Source: Candidatus Dormibacteria bacterium (GTDB lineage Bacteria > Chloroflexota > Dormibacteria > Aeolococcales > Bog-877). Taken from it: a stretch of DNA of 64,000 bases. Both the position numbers and the translations under genes were made by a program. Below are positions 32,119-41,220 of the stretch, in pieces (positions within the stretch are counted from its first letter, which is position 1; every line of letters starts with the position of its first letter). Below the pieces are notes generated by a model. That model saw nothing but the letters and a program-made list of their open reading frames with translations, did not search any database and was not told where the DNA came from. The stretch is from assembly GCA_049518775.1 (NCBI GenBank), contig JBEKRL010000002.1:19689-83688 (forward strand), read 5' to 3'.

Positions 32119-32991
32119 ATGGGCGGAACCCTCCGGATCTGTTCGGCCCGCCGGAACGCACCCTATAATGTTCGCGGGAGGGCCGTCTTTCTTGTCAGGC
32201 AGCTTCGCCGGCCGGAAGTTGTGCCGCAGCTTCTGAGCCACCAGCGCAACCCCCTGGGTCGGACGGTCCGGCTCTTGGGCTGGATGGCGTACCACGACGC
32301 CCAGGACTTCGGGGTGAGGGAGCTGGCGGCCGCCGTAGGGATGGCGCCCAGCACCGTCCACCGCTCCCTGGGCGCCCTCGAGGAGGAGGGGCTGATCGAG
32401 CCCTCCACAGTGATTGGCCGGTACCGGCTCAGTCTGGGCTTCTACCGCCTGGCGATGCGGGGAGCCCAACGGACACCGCTGGTGGAGTTGGCGCTGCCTC
32501 AGCTCCGTGAGGCAGCGCGGACCGGCGGCGAGACCACCCTCCTGGCACTGTACTCGACGACCGAGCTGGCCGCCCTCTACGTGGCCGAGATCCCCTCGCG
32601 GCACCCGATACAGGTCCGGCTGCCACTGCACGAGTGGCTGCCGCTCACCTCCTGCGCCGCAGGGCTGGCGATCCTCTCCGGGCTGAGCGCCGAGACCGTG
32701 GTGACGGTGTTCAGCCGGGGGCCCAGCCCGGTTGGGGCCTCCGAGCTCGTCGACCGTCTGGCCGAGGTCCGCACTCGGGGCTTCGCCTCACTGACCAACC
32801 GGTCCGGCAGCGGCGTGACCGAGCTGGCCGCAGCCTTCTGGGGTCCCGGCAAACAGGTGGTTGGGGCCCTGGCGTTCGTGGTGCCCCAGCCCCGCGCCAA
32901 CCCTGTGCTGGAGGCCTCCCTGGGCCAGCTGCTGGTCGACCAGGCCGCCCTCGTCTCCAAGTCGCTGGCCGGCCCCGCCCCCGCCGCCTAG
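32119..32991 (+). CDS. IclR-family transcriptional regulator
   Basis: HTH (…GVRELAAAVGMAPSTVHRSLGAL…) plus an IclR effector domain. The true start is probably downstream of 32119. Confidence 0.8.
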   Translation: MGGTLRICSARRNAPYNVRGRAVFLVRQLRRPEVVPQLLSHQRNPLGRTVRLLGWMAYHDAQDFGVRELAAAVGMAPSTVHRSLGALEEEGLIEPSTVIGRYRLSLGFYRLAMRGAQRTPLVELALPQLREAARTGGETTLLALYSTTELAALYVAEIPSRHPIQVRLPLHEWLPLTSCAAGLAILSGLSAETVVTVFSRGPSPVGASELVDRLAEVRTRGFASLTNRSGSGVTELAAAFWGPGKQVVGALAFVVPQPRANPVLEASLGQLLVDQAALVSKSLAGPAPAA

Positions 32992-33947
32992 GAAGGGGTC
33001 AGCTCGGCGGGCAGGCCCGACCGGTGCCTAGCAAAGTCCAGCGCCATCCCCACCGCCCCCAGCAGCCCTTGGTCTTCGCCCAGCTCGGCCCGCTGCACCA
33101 GGCAGCTGCCCCGCAGTGAGGGGAAGGTCGCGTCCTGGATGCCGGCAAGGACGTCCGCAAACAGGTGCGGCGAGGAGGCGATCACCCCGCCGCCCAGGGC
33201 CAGGACCTCGGGGTTGAGCAGGTTGATCAGCCCGCCTAGGGCCAGCGCCAGGTGGCGGGCGGCCCTGGCCAGGACCGCCTGAGCCTTCCGGTCGCCCGCC
33301 TCGGCGAGGCGGGTGACCTCCGAGGCACTGGTCATGCCCGCGTCCCGGGCAATGGCGACCCCGGAGGCCAACGCCTCCAGGCAGCCCCGGTTGCCGCAGT
33401 TGCAGAGGGGCCCATCGGGGGCCATCACCGTGTGGCCGAACTCGCCGGCGCTGCCCCGGTGGCCCCGGTAGAGCCGGCCGCCCAAGATCATCCCCGCCGA
33501 GATCCCGGTGCTCACGGTGACATAGACGAAATCATCGGTGCCGCGCCCAGCCCCCAGCCGGTGCTCGGCCAGAGCGGCCAGGCTGACGTCGTGCTCGACC
33601 AGGCAGGTGCAGCCCAGGGCCTCCTCGAGGCGGGCCCGGACGGCCACCTGGCGCCAGCCCGGAAGGTTGGGGGCCCCATCCACGACCCCGGCCTCGCAGT
33701 TCACCGGGCCCGGCACGCCGACTGCCAGGACCAGCCGGTCCAGCCTCACCTGCGGCTCCAGGGTCACCAGCTGGCGCACCAACTCACCGATCTGGGCCAG
33801 CACCCGGTCGGGCCCCTCCAGGGCCATGGTCCGGGCCCGGCTCCGGCGGCGGACCTCGCCGCTGGAGTCAGCCAGACCGGCCCTGACCCAGGTGCCCCCG
33901 AGGTCAACCCCGACCACGAAGGTGCGGCCCCCCGGCGGCGATGGCAC
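32988..33947 (-). CDS. ROK-family sugar kinase (glucokinase/N-acetylglucosamine-kinase-like)
   Basis: VGVDLGGT…; ROK zinc motif …CNCGNRGC…. Confidence 0.85.
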   Translation of the reverse strand: MPSPPGGRTFVVGVDLGGTWVRAGLADSSGEVRRRSRARTMALEGPDRVLAQIGELVRQLVTLEPQVRLDRLVLAVGVPGPVNCEAGVVDGAPNLPGWRQVAVRARLEEALGCTCLVEHDVSLAALAEHRLGAGRGTDDFVYVTVSTGISAGMILGGRLYRGHRGSAGEFGHTVMAPDGPLCNCGNRGCLEALASGVAIARDAGMTSASEVTRLAEAGDRKAQAVLARAARHLALALGGLINLLNPEVLALGGGVIASSPHLFADVLAGIQDATFPSLRGSCLVQRAELGEDQGLLGAVGMALDFARHRSGLPAELTPS

Positions 33948-33952
33948 TGGGG

Positions 33953-34825
33953 TCAGTCCCCTGGGACCGAGGCCAGAGGCGGGAGCCCCGCCAGGTCCCG
34001 CAGCCGCTCGATGTTGGCCCGGTCGGGTCCCTTGCGGTCCAGCCCGGGCACCTCCAGGATCAGCGGCACCCTGGACAGCTGAGGATCGGCCAGGATCCTG
34101 CGGAAGGCCTCGGACCCGATCTCCCCGTCCCCAATGTTCTGGTGACGATCCACGTTGGACCCGAAGGCCGCCTTGGAGTCGTTGGCGTGGATGGCGGCGA
34201 GCCGGTCGAAGCCGACCTCCCGCCCCAGCTCCTCGACCAGCCGGGAGAGTCCCTCGACGGTGCGCAGGTCGTGGCCTGCGGTGAAGGCGTGGGCGGTGTC
34301 GAGGCAGACCCTGAGCCGAGGATCGTCGACCGCCTCCAGCATCTGCCTGATCTGGGCGAAGGAGCTGCCGATGTTGTCACCGGAGCCGGCGCTGTTCTCG
34401 ATGATCAGCTGGCTCTCCCCCCCGGAGTCGTCGAGTGCCTGGCGCATCGCGGCGGCCATCTGGGGCAGCACCACCTCGAAGCCCTGGCCCTTGTGGGAAC
34501 CCGGGTGGAAGATCACTCCCCGCACCCCCAGCAGGTTGGCCAGCTCCAGGTGGCTGCGCAGAGATCCCTTCGACTGGGCCAGGAGGTCCTCCTTGGCGGT
34601 GGCAAGGTTGATGAGGTAGACGGCGTGGAAGAAGAAGGCGTCGAGGCCGGTCTCGGCCATCCGTCGGCGAAACTCCGCCACCGTCCCCAGGTCGGGATGC
34701 AACCGGCGCCAGGTCTGGGGCGGCGTGGGGTGGACCTGGACCGCCTCGGCACCGATCTCAAGCGCGCGCCCGAAGGCGGTGTTGATGCCACCCTCGGTGG
34801 AGACATGGGCGCCGATCAGGACCAC
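33953..34825 (-). CDS. nfo: endonuclease IV (AP endonuclease family 2)
   Basis: …IGAHVSTEGG…HPGSH… metal-binding motifs. GTG start 34825, 2 nt after the TAG of the upstream lipoprotein gene; the track ORF (528 aa) has a spurious extension. Confidence 0.85.
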   Translation of the reverse strand: MVLIGAHVSTEGGINTAFGRALEIGAEAVQVHPTPPQTWRRLHPDLGTVAEFRRRMAETGLDAFFFHAVYLINLATAKEDLLAQSKGSLRSHLELANLLGVRGVIFHPGSHKGQGFEVVLPQMAAAMRQALDDSGGESQLIIENSAGSGDNIGSSFAQIRQMLEAVDDPRLRVCLDTAHAFTAGHDLRTVEGLSRLVEELGREVGFDRLAAIHANDSKAAFGSNVDRHQNIGDGEIGSEAFRRILADPQLSRVPLILEVPGLDRKGPDRANIERLRDLAGLPPLASVPGD

Positions 34826-34827
34826 GG

Positions 34828-35532
34828 CTAGCCGGCTCCCGCCCCGGCGGGGGGCACATAGACCAGGGCGCTGGGCGGGGGCTCGACCTTCTGGGCAATT
34901 CCGAAGGCGGCGTACTTGAGGACGACCGGCTGGCGCCCGGTGATGGCCAACTCCAACAGGTGATCGCTGGTGGGCTCCACGAACAGCCTTAATGATGAAC
35001 CCCCGCCGTTCTCCTGGATCAGGAGCACCCTCCTCCCGCCGAGCTGGGAGCGCCGCACCGTGGCCGGGCCCTTGAGGGCTCGCCGGAGCGTGGCAGCCAG
35101 GCCCACCCCCGCGAACGGGTGCAGGCTCTTCCGATAGCTGGTGGCGACCGAGGCGGGCTGGAGCACCCAGGTGGTCTCCGGGTTGAGGTTGCCGGGCAGC
35201 GATGTGATCCCCAGCTCCTGGAGCTCGGTCGGGGAGCGGACGTAGACCTTCTCCCCGAGGGAGACGATGTCGCTTCGGAAGGTCGGGGAGTGGGGGACCG
35301 CGATGTTGAGGGTGCCGGAGAAGTCGCCGTCGCGACGCACCACCACCCGGAAGCTGGTGGTGGTCGGTCCGGCCCGGTCGGAGCCGGTGATCCGGTAGGA
35401 GCCGGCCCGGACCATGGCGGCGGCCACCTGGCGCACCAGGCTGGGACCGCTGGGGAGGCCCTGGCCACAGCCCACCAGAACGGCGGCCAGCGTCAGGGCG
35501 CCCACCCAGGTGGGCAGCAAACGAGTTGACAT
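34828..35532 (-). CDS. putative lipoprotein (signal peptide + LVGC lipobox), function unknown
   Basis: MSTRLLPTWVGALTLAAVLVGCGQG…; 234 aa. Confidence 0.55.
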   Translation of the reverse strand: MSTRLLPTWVGALTLAAVLVGCGQGLPSGPSLVRQVAAAMVRAGSYRITGSDRAGPTTTSFRVVVRRDGDFSGTLNIAVPHSPTFRSDIVSLGEKVYVRSPTELQELGITSLPGNLNPETTWVLQPASVATSYRKSLHPFAGVGLAATLRRALKGPATVRRSQLGGRRVLLIQENGGGSSLRLFVEPTSDHLLELAITGRQPVVLKYAAFGIAQKVEPPPSALVYVPPAGAGAG

Positions 35533-35614
35533 CGGCCACTCCTCGAGATCGTGGCGGCGCCCCCCAGGTTCGGGGCCAGTGTAAGCGGGCGCAGCGGAGC
35601 CGGCCGGGCCATGC

Positions 35615-36607
35615 TCAGACTCGGACCACCACCACCGCCAGTGCGTAGACGACGTAGAGCCCCAGCCCGACCGGCAGCAGCAGCCTGGCGTTCACGCCCC
35701 GGGCACCGGCCGCCGCCATCCCCACCAGGACTGCCAGGACGGTGACTCCGGCGGCCAGGAAGCCGGCCTCGGATAGCCTCCACGGGGTGAAGCACAGCCC
35801 CACGATGGCCGGGACGGTGGCCTGGAAGGCCATGGCGCCGGTGACGTTGCCGAGCGCCAGGCTGTCGCGGTCGCGGCGGATCCACAGGCTGCCGGCAGTG
35901 AGCTCGGGAAGCTCGGTCGCGATCGGTACCAGCAGCAGCGCCAGGACCAGGGGCGAGAGGTGGGCCAGGCTGGCGACCCGGTGGAGCCCGACCAGGAAGA
36001 CCTCGCTGGCGAGGGCCAGACCGGCCAGACCCACCAGCGCCTGGACCGCGGGCAGCGCCAGGCGGGAGGAGCCATCGGGGCTCCAGCCTCCGGTGAGCCG
36101 GGAGAAGAGCAGCGGCTCGTAGTCGCCCTCGGGAACGGTGTCGGACCTCAGGGTCCGGCGGACGAAGTCGATGTAGAGGAAAGCCAGGATGGCGGCGTCG
36201 ACCCAGCGCAGCGGCCGGGGGAGGAACGCCCCGGCGATCAGCAGGACGAAGCTGACGGTGAACGCCATCATCGCCCGCCGGGCCGCGGTCGGCTCCACGC
36301 GGAGCCAGGGGCGGCCGCAGAGCAGGCTGACCGCGCCCACCACCCCCAGCCCGATCGTCGCCAGCATCAAGGGGGCACCCAGGATCGCCCCGGTGGCGGT
36401 CTGGGCGGCCTGGGGACCGCCCGCGATCAGGGCCACCACCGGGACGATGCTCTCGGGCATGGCGGTGCCCACTGCCGCCATCACGCTCCCGGTCATCCCG
36501 TGCCCCAGCCCCAGGCTGCGGGCCCCCCACTCCACCGCGTTGGTGAAGAGGGTGGCGGCCAGCACCATCAGCACCAGGCCGCCGCCGAAGTCGAGGGCTA
36601 TCTGCAC
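35615..36607 (-). CDS. Ca2+/cation antiporter (CaCA family, YrbG-like) membrane protein
   Basis: ~10 TM helices with two alpha-repeat-like blocks (…GNVTGAMAFQATV…). Confidence 0.7.
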   Translation of the reverse strand: MQIALDFGGGLVLMVLAATLFTNAVEWGARSLGLGHGMTGSVMAAVGTAMPESIVPVVALIAGGPQAAQTATGAILGAPLMLATIGLGVVGAVSLLCGRPWLRVEPTAARRAMMAFTVSFVLLIAGAFLPRPLRWVDAAILAFLYIDFVRRTLRSDTVPEGDYEPLLFSRLTGGWSPDGSSRLALPAVQALVGLAGLALASEVFLVGLHRVASLAHLSPLVLALLLVPIATELPELTAGSLWIRRDRDSLALGNVTGAMAFQATVPAIVGLCFTPWRLSEAGFLAAGVTVLAVLVGMAAAGARGVNARLLLPVGLGLYVVYALAVVVVRV

Positions 36608-36611
36608 TGGG

Positions 36612-37127
36612 TCAGCTGGCGCGGGTCCCAGTCCGTCGCGAGATCACCGAGCCGCCCAGGTCGAAGACCAGCCTGAGGCCGTGAAGCCAGACATCGGCCA
36701 GCCCGACATGCTGGGCCCGCTTCACCGGCAGCACGGACTCGGGGAGCAGAGCGTCGGCGATCCGCTGACGGTACCAGGGGAAGAGCGAGCGGGGGAGCCG
36801 GGCCGGCGCCACCCAGGCCAGGTGCCAGGCCTCCCTGCCGGTCTTGGGCCGTCCTCCCACCGGGCGGCAGCGGAAGACCACATCCAGGTCCCGGCGGATC
36901 CCGGTGAACTGGTAATAGCCGATCAGCCTCTCGACCTCGATCTCCAGCCCCGTCTCCTCCCGGGTTTCCCGGACCACGGTTCGGGCGGGGTCCTCGCTCT
37001 GGTCGACGTGGCCCCCCGGGGGCTCCCAACCGGCCGGCCAGAGCCGGAGCTGGATCAGCACCCGACCCCGGTCATCGACCACGATCGCCTGGGCCCCGAC
37101 CGGCCGCGGGGTGGCTAAGGCAGGCAC
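36612..37127 (-). CDS. NUDIX hydrolase
   Basis: Nudix box GGHVDQSEDPARTVVRETREETGL. GTG start ~37127 overlaps the upstream gene's end by ~13 nt. Confidence 0.75.
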   Translation of the reverse strand: MPALATPRPVGAQAIVVDDRGRVLIQLRLWPAGWEPPGGHVDQSEDPARTVVRETREETGLEIEVERLIGYYQFTGIRRDLDVVFRCRPVGGRPKTGREAWHLAWVAPARLPRSLFPWYRQRIADALLPESVLPVKRAQHVGLADVWLHGLRLVFDLGGSVISRRTGTRAS

Positions 37128-37897
37128 GGGTTGGCCAGCGCCGTGGCCAGGCTGGCGCTGCTGGGGCTGATCAGGTAGCCGATGTTGGGGAACAGCGCCA
37201 ACGGCGGCGGCCCCACCACCAGCCGAGCCCAGAGCCAATCGGCCGCCCCCAGGATCGGGGCCGAGATGGAGAGGCCGGAGGAGCCGAGGTTGGGCAGGAC
37301 GAAGAAGAGCAGGAGGGCGACGACGTAGATCCAGGTGCGGTGCATGTCGATCCAGGAGAAGACCTCAGGGATCTGGCCCCGCAGCAGCCCCTCGGCGACC
37401 CCGTACCCGTCCAGAGGCGGGATCGGGATCAGATTGAAGACGCAGAGGATCACATTGACGAAGAAGCCCTCGGTGAGGATCCAGTAGAGGTAGCCGGCCG
37501 GGGGGAGAGCGAAGCTGGGCAGGTAGCAGTTCTGCACCGAGGGAACCAGGACGATCAGGAGCCGTATGACCACTCCCAGGGCGGCGGCGATCAGCAGGTT
37601 GCTGAAGGGGCCCGCGAAGGCCAGCCAGGCCCGCTGGCGGCCGCGGCGGACATAGGCGGGGTTGTACTGGACCGGGCGGGCGAAGCCGAAGCCGATCAGG
37701 ACCAGCATCGCCAGCCCCAGGGGGTCGATCTGGTTGGCGGGATTAAGCGACAGCCTTCCCTGGCGGCGGGGTGTGGGATCGCCGTAGGAGGTGGCCACCA
37801 GGGCGTGGCAGACCTCGTGGACGGTGAATCCGAGGGCGATCCCGGGGACAGCGAAAAGAAGGAGGATCAGGTAGAACTCAATCCCCGTCCCCAGCAC
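37115..37897 (-). CDS. site-2 protease family zinc metalloprotease (peptidase M50, SpoIVFB-like)
   Basis: HEVCHALVA (HExxH) within TM helices; a second metal ligand …LDG… downstream. Confidence 0.8.
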   Translation of the reverse strand: MLGTGIEFYLILLLFAVPGIALGFTVHEVCHALVATSYGDPTPRRQGRLSLNPANQIDPLGLAMLVLIGFGFARPVQYNPAYVRRGRQRAWLAFAGPFSNLLIAAALGVVIRLLIVLVPSVQNCYLPSFALPPAGYLYWILTEGFFVNVILCVFNLIPIPPLDGYGVAEGLLRGQIPEVFSWIDMHRTWIYVVALLLFFVLPNLGSSGLSISAPILGAADWLWARLVVGPPPLALFPNIGYLISPSSASLATALANPCLP

Positions 37898-37903
37898 CGG
37901 GGT

Positions 37904-38134
37904 TCAGTCCACGACGATCTTGTGGGGGCGGCGTCGGGCCTGGCCCCCCCGGCGGCGGTGCCGGTGCTCGACCGCCGCGGCTGCCGCCAGCACCAGCTCC
38001 CGCTCGGCCTTGAGCAGGTGGGCCCTCGACTCCTCGGGCACCAGCTCGCCGAGCTCGCTGGCCGCCCGGGCCACCGCCTCCTCGAGCACTCGGGCCGCCC
38101 ACCCCGCCAGCCGCTCCGCTTCTTCGCGCTCCAT
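37904..38134 (-). CDS. small alpha-helical hypothetical protein (76 aa) translationally coupled to the upstream ArsA-like gene
   Basis: TGATG stop/start overlap with 38134..39300; Ala/Glu/Arg-rich; no recognisable domain. Confidence 0.45.
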   Translation of the reverse strand: MEREEAERLAGWAARVLEEAVARAASELGELVPEESRAHLLKAERELVLAAAAAVEHRHRRRGGQARRRPHKIVVD

Positions 38135-39300
38135 CAGACTCTCCCAAAGTGAATCGCCAGCTGACCGTGCTCCAGCTGGGCCGAGGTGGTGACCTGGCCC
38201 TGCAGCACCCGGGGCAGGCTGATCTCACGCTTGTAGGGCCCGACGCTGACGTAGAGTTCGTCGTCGCGCTGGGTCAGCTCCACCTGGTCCTTGGTGGCGA
38301 AGGGCAGCTGCAGGGAGAGCACGTAGCCCTCGCCCTCCTTGCGCAGTGACTGCGGCTTGGTGTCGTAGAGGACGGCGCTGGGATCGCGGTCGCCGAAGAG
38401 AGAGTCGGCCAGTTCGCCGAGGTCGCTCAGTCCCAGCACCTCGTGGTCAAACAGCCGGGCGTCCAGAATCGGGACCGGAGAGAAGGCCACCTCGACCTGC
38501 TCTCGGTAGCGCTTCTGGGATTTGCGCCACTCGGCGAAGTAGCCCTCCCCAACCTCCTCGGGAAGCACTCGGTTGACCAGAATCGCATCCACCTGGTAGT
38601 CGTAGAGGTTGAGGTAGGTGAAGGCCCGCTGGGCCTCCTTGATCACCATCTTCTCCAGGTTCAGCACCAGCCGCACGGTGCAGTTCCGGGCGTCGCTGAG
38701 GACCTCCTTCATGGACTCCAGGTCCTCCAGGAGTTCCCGGACCAAGCGGTAGATATCGTCGGCCGGGAGCGGGATGCTGATGAACGGTTGCACCAGCGGA
38801 CGGGCCACCCGCATCACCTTGCGCTCCAGGGGGAAGATCCGGTCCAGGTACCAGCGAGCGACATCGGGGAAGGCCAGCAGTTGCAGGGTCTCGCCGGTGG
38901 GTGCGCAGTCGACGATCAGCACGTCGAATTCCTGCCCCTGGGCATGGCGGCGGATCCACATCAGGCTCGCCACCTCCTCCATCCCGGGCGGCGTGGCCAG
39001 CTCCTCGGCGATGATCTCGTCGACCCCCTGGCTGTTGAACAGCACCGCCAAATAGTCGTGAATGCGGTTCCAATGCCCCTCCATCTCGTGGAGGGCATTG
39101 ACCTCCTGGGCAAAGAGATTCTCGCTGACCTGGACCGGCTCGGGACCGAGCTCGAGGTCGAGGCTGTCCCCCAGGCTGTGCGCGGCGTCGGTGGAGACCA
39201 CCAGGGTCCGCAGCCCGAGCTGCGCACAGCGCACGGCGGTGGCGGCGGCGACGGTGGTTTTGCCCACACCACCTTTGCCCGTGTAGAGGATCACGCGCAT
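38134..39300 (-). CDS. ArsA/Get3-family P-loop ATPase fused to a C-terminal HSP20-like (ArsA_HSP20) domain
   Basis: GKGGVGKTT deviant Walker A, switch regions, and a C-terminal ~90-aa alpha-crystallin-like domain. Start at MRVILYTGKGG (39300); the track ORF runs to 39363. Confidence 0.85.
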   Translation of the reverse strand: MRVILYTGKGGVGKTTVAAATAVRCAQLGLRTLVVSTDAAHSLGDSLDLELGPEPVQVSENLFAQEVNALHEMEGHWNRIHDYLAVLFNSQGVDEIIAEELATPPGMEEVASLMWIRRHAQGQEFDVLIVDCAPTGETLQLLAFPDVARWYLDRIFPLERKVMRVARPLVQPFISIPLPADDIYRLVRELLEDLESMKEVLSDARNCTVRLVLNLEKMVIKEAQRAFTYLNLYDYQVDAILVNRVLPEEVGEGYFAEWRKSQKRYREQVEVAFSPVPILDARLFDHEVLGLSDLGELADSLFGDRDPSAVLYDTKPQSLRKEGEGYVLSLQLPFATKDQVELTQRDDELYVSVGPYKREISLPRVLQGQVTTSAQLEHGQLAIHFGRV

Positions 39301-39337
39301 CTTCGCGAGTATAGGGACGGCCCAAAATGGGCCTCCC

Positions 39338-39889
39338 TCAGCGAAGGATGAAGAACCCCACAACCACCAGCAGCACCATCACCACGCAAACCACGACCAC
39401 CCGGCGCAAGTCCAAGCTCAGATAGGGCGTGCGGTCGATCGGCACCCCCGGGCTCTCGTCCATCGGCTCCAGGTTGGCGACCTGCTGGCGCTGGCGCTCG
39501 GCCCGGCTGGCGACCCGGGTCCTCTTGGGGAGGAAGGACTCATTGGCGGCAGCCACCGGCCGGGGCAGCCCCGCACCCGGCGATGCCTGGACTGACCTGG
39601 TCCCAGTCCCGGGCGAGCCGTGCCGGGCCTGCCGCTGGGGCAGGAAGGAGCCGCTGGGACGGAGCTCCTCAGCGGCCGGGGCCGGTAGGGCGGCCTCAGT
39701 CGCCTCGGGCGCGGGGCCGGCTGGAGCCGGTTCCCGCGGCTGGACCGGCGCAGGCGCGGCTCGGGGGCGAGAACTCGGGGCTGCGCGACGCTTGGGACGT
39801 CTGGCCAAATGTTGGCTCCGCGAACTGGGGCGCCCTCCGGGGCGCGAGATTGGGCGGCGCAAGTGTACCCAAGCCGACGGCGGGCCCAC
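39338..39889 (-). CDS. Pro/Ala-rich ORF ending in a single C-terminal TM helix (tail-anchored topology); extent uncertain
   Basis: …LDLRRVVVVCVVMVLLVVVGFFILR* lies at the extreme C-terminus. The N-terminal part is low-complexity and may be over-extended. Confidence 0.3.
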   Translation of the reverse strand: MGPPSAWVHLRRPISRPGGRPSSRSQHLARRPKRRAAPSSRPRAAPAPVQPREPAPAGPAPEATEAALPAPAAEELRPSGSFLPQRQARHGSPGTGTRSVQASPGAGLPRPVAAANESFLPKRTRVASRAERQRQQVANLEPMDESPGVPIDRTPYLSLDLRRVVVVCVVMVLLVVVGFFILR

Positions 39890-40112
39890 CTCAGCTGGGG
39901 GGTGCAGGCAGCGAGCACCGGCGGGGTGGTGTCAGCTTGGCGAAGGAGGGGACGAGGAGATGCCAGCGCCCACTGCCTGCGTGGGCGATGTGTGTGGGGC
40001 CACATCTTGTGCCCAGAGGGCATTCAACCACAGAATATTGTGCTCCGCAAGGGGGTGCAACAACTCGTCTAACAGGAGATCGGTGCCGGCCCCGGTGGCC
40101 GCCCCCAGGCGT

Positions 40113-41210
40113 TCAGACGTTGAACAGGAAGTGCATCACATCGCCGTCCTGGACCAAGTAGTCGCGCCCCTCGAGCCGGAGTTGGCCGCGGCCCCGCACT
40201 GCCGCGTAGCCGCCCGCCTCGACCAGTTCCTGCCAGCCACAGACCTCGGCCCGGATGAACCCCTTGGCGAAGTCGGTGTGGATCACCCCCGCAGCGTCCC
40301 TGGCGTTGGCGCCCTCCGGCACGGTCCAGGCACGAACCTCTTTCTCGCCCGCGGTGAAGAAGGTCTGCAGGGAGAGGCAGCGGTATCCGGCCCGGCTGAG
40401 CCGCCCCAGGCCTGTCTCGTTCAGTCCCATCTGGGCCAGGAACTCCCTCGCCTCGTCCGGCTCCAGTTCGGCCAGCTCGGCCTCCAGCTTGGCCGAGACC
40501 TCCACGAAGTCCGCCCCCTCGGCGGCGGCCCGCTCGGCTATCTGGGCCGCCAGGGGGATGGCTCCCGCCTCACCCTCGTCGACGTTGGCAACGTAGATCA
40601 CCGGCTTGGCGGTGAGCAGTTGGGAGTCGCGAACCCCGGCCATCTCCTCCTCGCCTAGGGTGACCCGGCGCGCTGGCTCGCCCCGGTCGAGCGCCTCCCG
40701 GACCCGGCTCAGCCCCCGCACCTCGGCCTGGACCCCACGGGCTGCGCCCCCGGCCCGGGCGACCTTGCCGACCCGCTCCAGGCGGCGGTCGACGGTGGCG
40801 ATGTCGGCCAAGGTGAGCTCCAGCTCCAGGATCTCGAGATCGCGAACGGGGTCGACGGCCCCCTCGACGTGGCCGACCTCAGAGGCGGTGAAGGCACGCA
40901 GGACGAATGCGATGGCGTCGTGGCTGCGGATATGGCCCAGGAACTGGTTGCCCAGACCCTCCCCACTGTGGGCACCTCGGACCAGCCCGGCGATATCGGT
41001 GAAGGTCACGGTGGCGGGGATCACCCTGGGTGGGTGGAACAGGTCGGCCAGCTGGGGGATCCGGTCGTCGGGCACGGCCACCACCCCGGTGTTGGGCTCG
41101 ATGGTGGTGAAGGGGAACGCCGCCACCGCGGCGTGGGCCCTGGTGAGGGCGTTGAAGAGGGTGGACTTGCCCGCGTTGGGCAGTCCCACGATCCCCACCG
41201 AGAGGCTCAA
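40113..41210 (-). CDS. ychF: ribosome-binding ATPase YchF (Obg-family GTPase)
   Basis: TTG start gives MSLSVGIVGLPNAGKSTLFNALT…; TGS domain at the C-terminus. Confidence 0.9.
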   Translation of the reverse strand: MSLSVGIVGLPNAGKSTLFNALTRAHAAVAAFPFTTIEPNTGVVAVPDDRIPQLADLFHPPRVIPATVTFTDIAGLVRGAHSGEGLGNQFLGHIRSHDAIAFVLRAFTASEVGHVEGAVDPVRDLEILELELTLADIATVDRRLERVGKVARAGGAARGVQAEVRGLSRVREALDRGEPARRVTLGEEEMAGVRDSQLLTAKPVIYVANVDEGEAGAIPLAAQIAERAAAEGADFVEVSAKLEAELAELEPDEAREFLAQMGLNETGLGRLSRAGYRCLSLQTFFTAGEKEVRAWTVPEGANARDAAGVIHTDFAKGFIRAEVCGWQELVEAGGYAAVRGRGQLRLEGRDYLVQDGDVMHFLFNV

Positions 41211-41220
41211 GCCAGCTGGC

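Noticed and set aside
33953-35539. 528-aa extended ORF for the nfo gene
   Set aside because: Only the C-terminal 291 aa are endonuclease IV. The N-terminal part overlaps the real lipoprotein gene in another frame and is Pro/Arg/Gly-rich. GTG start at 34825 adopted.
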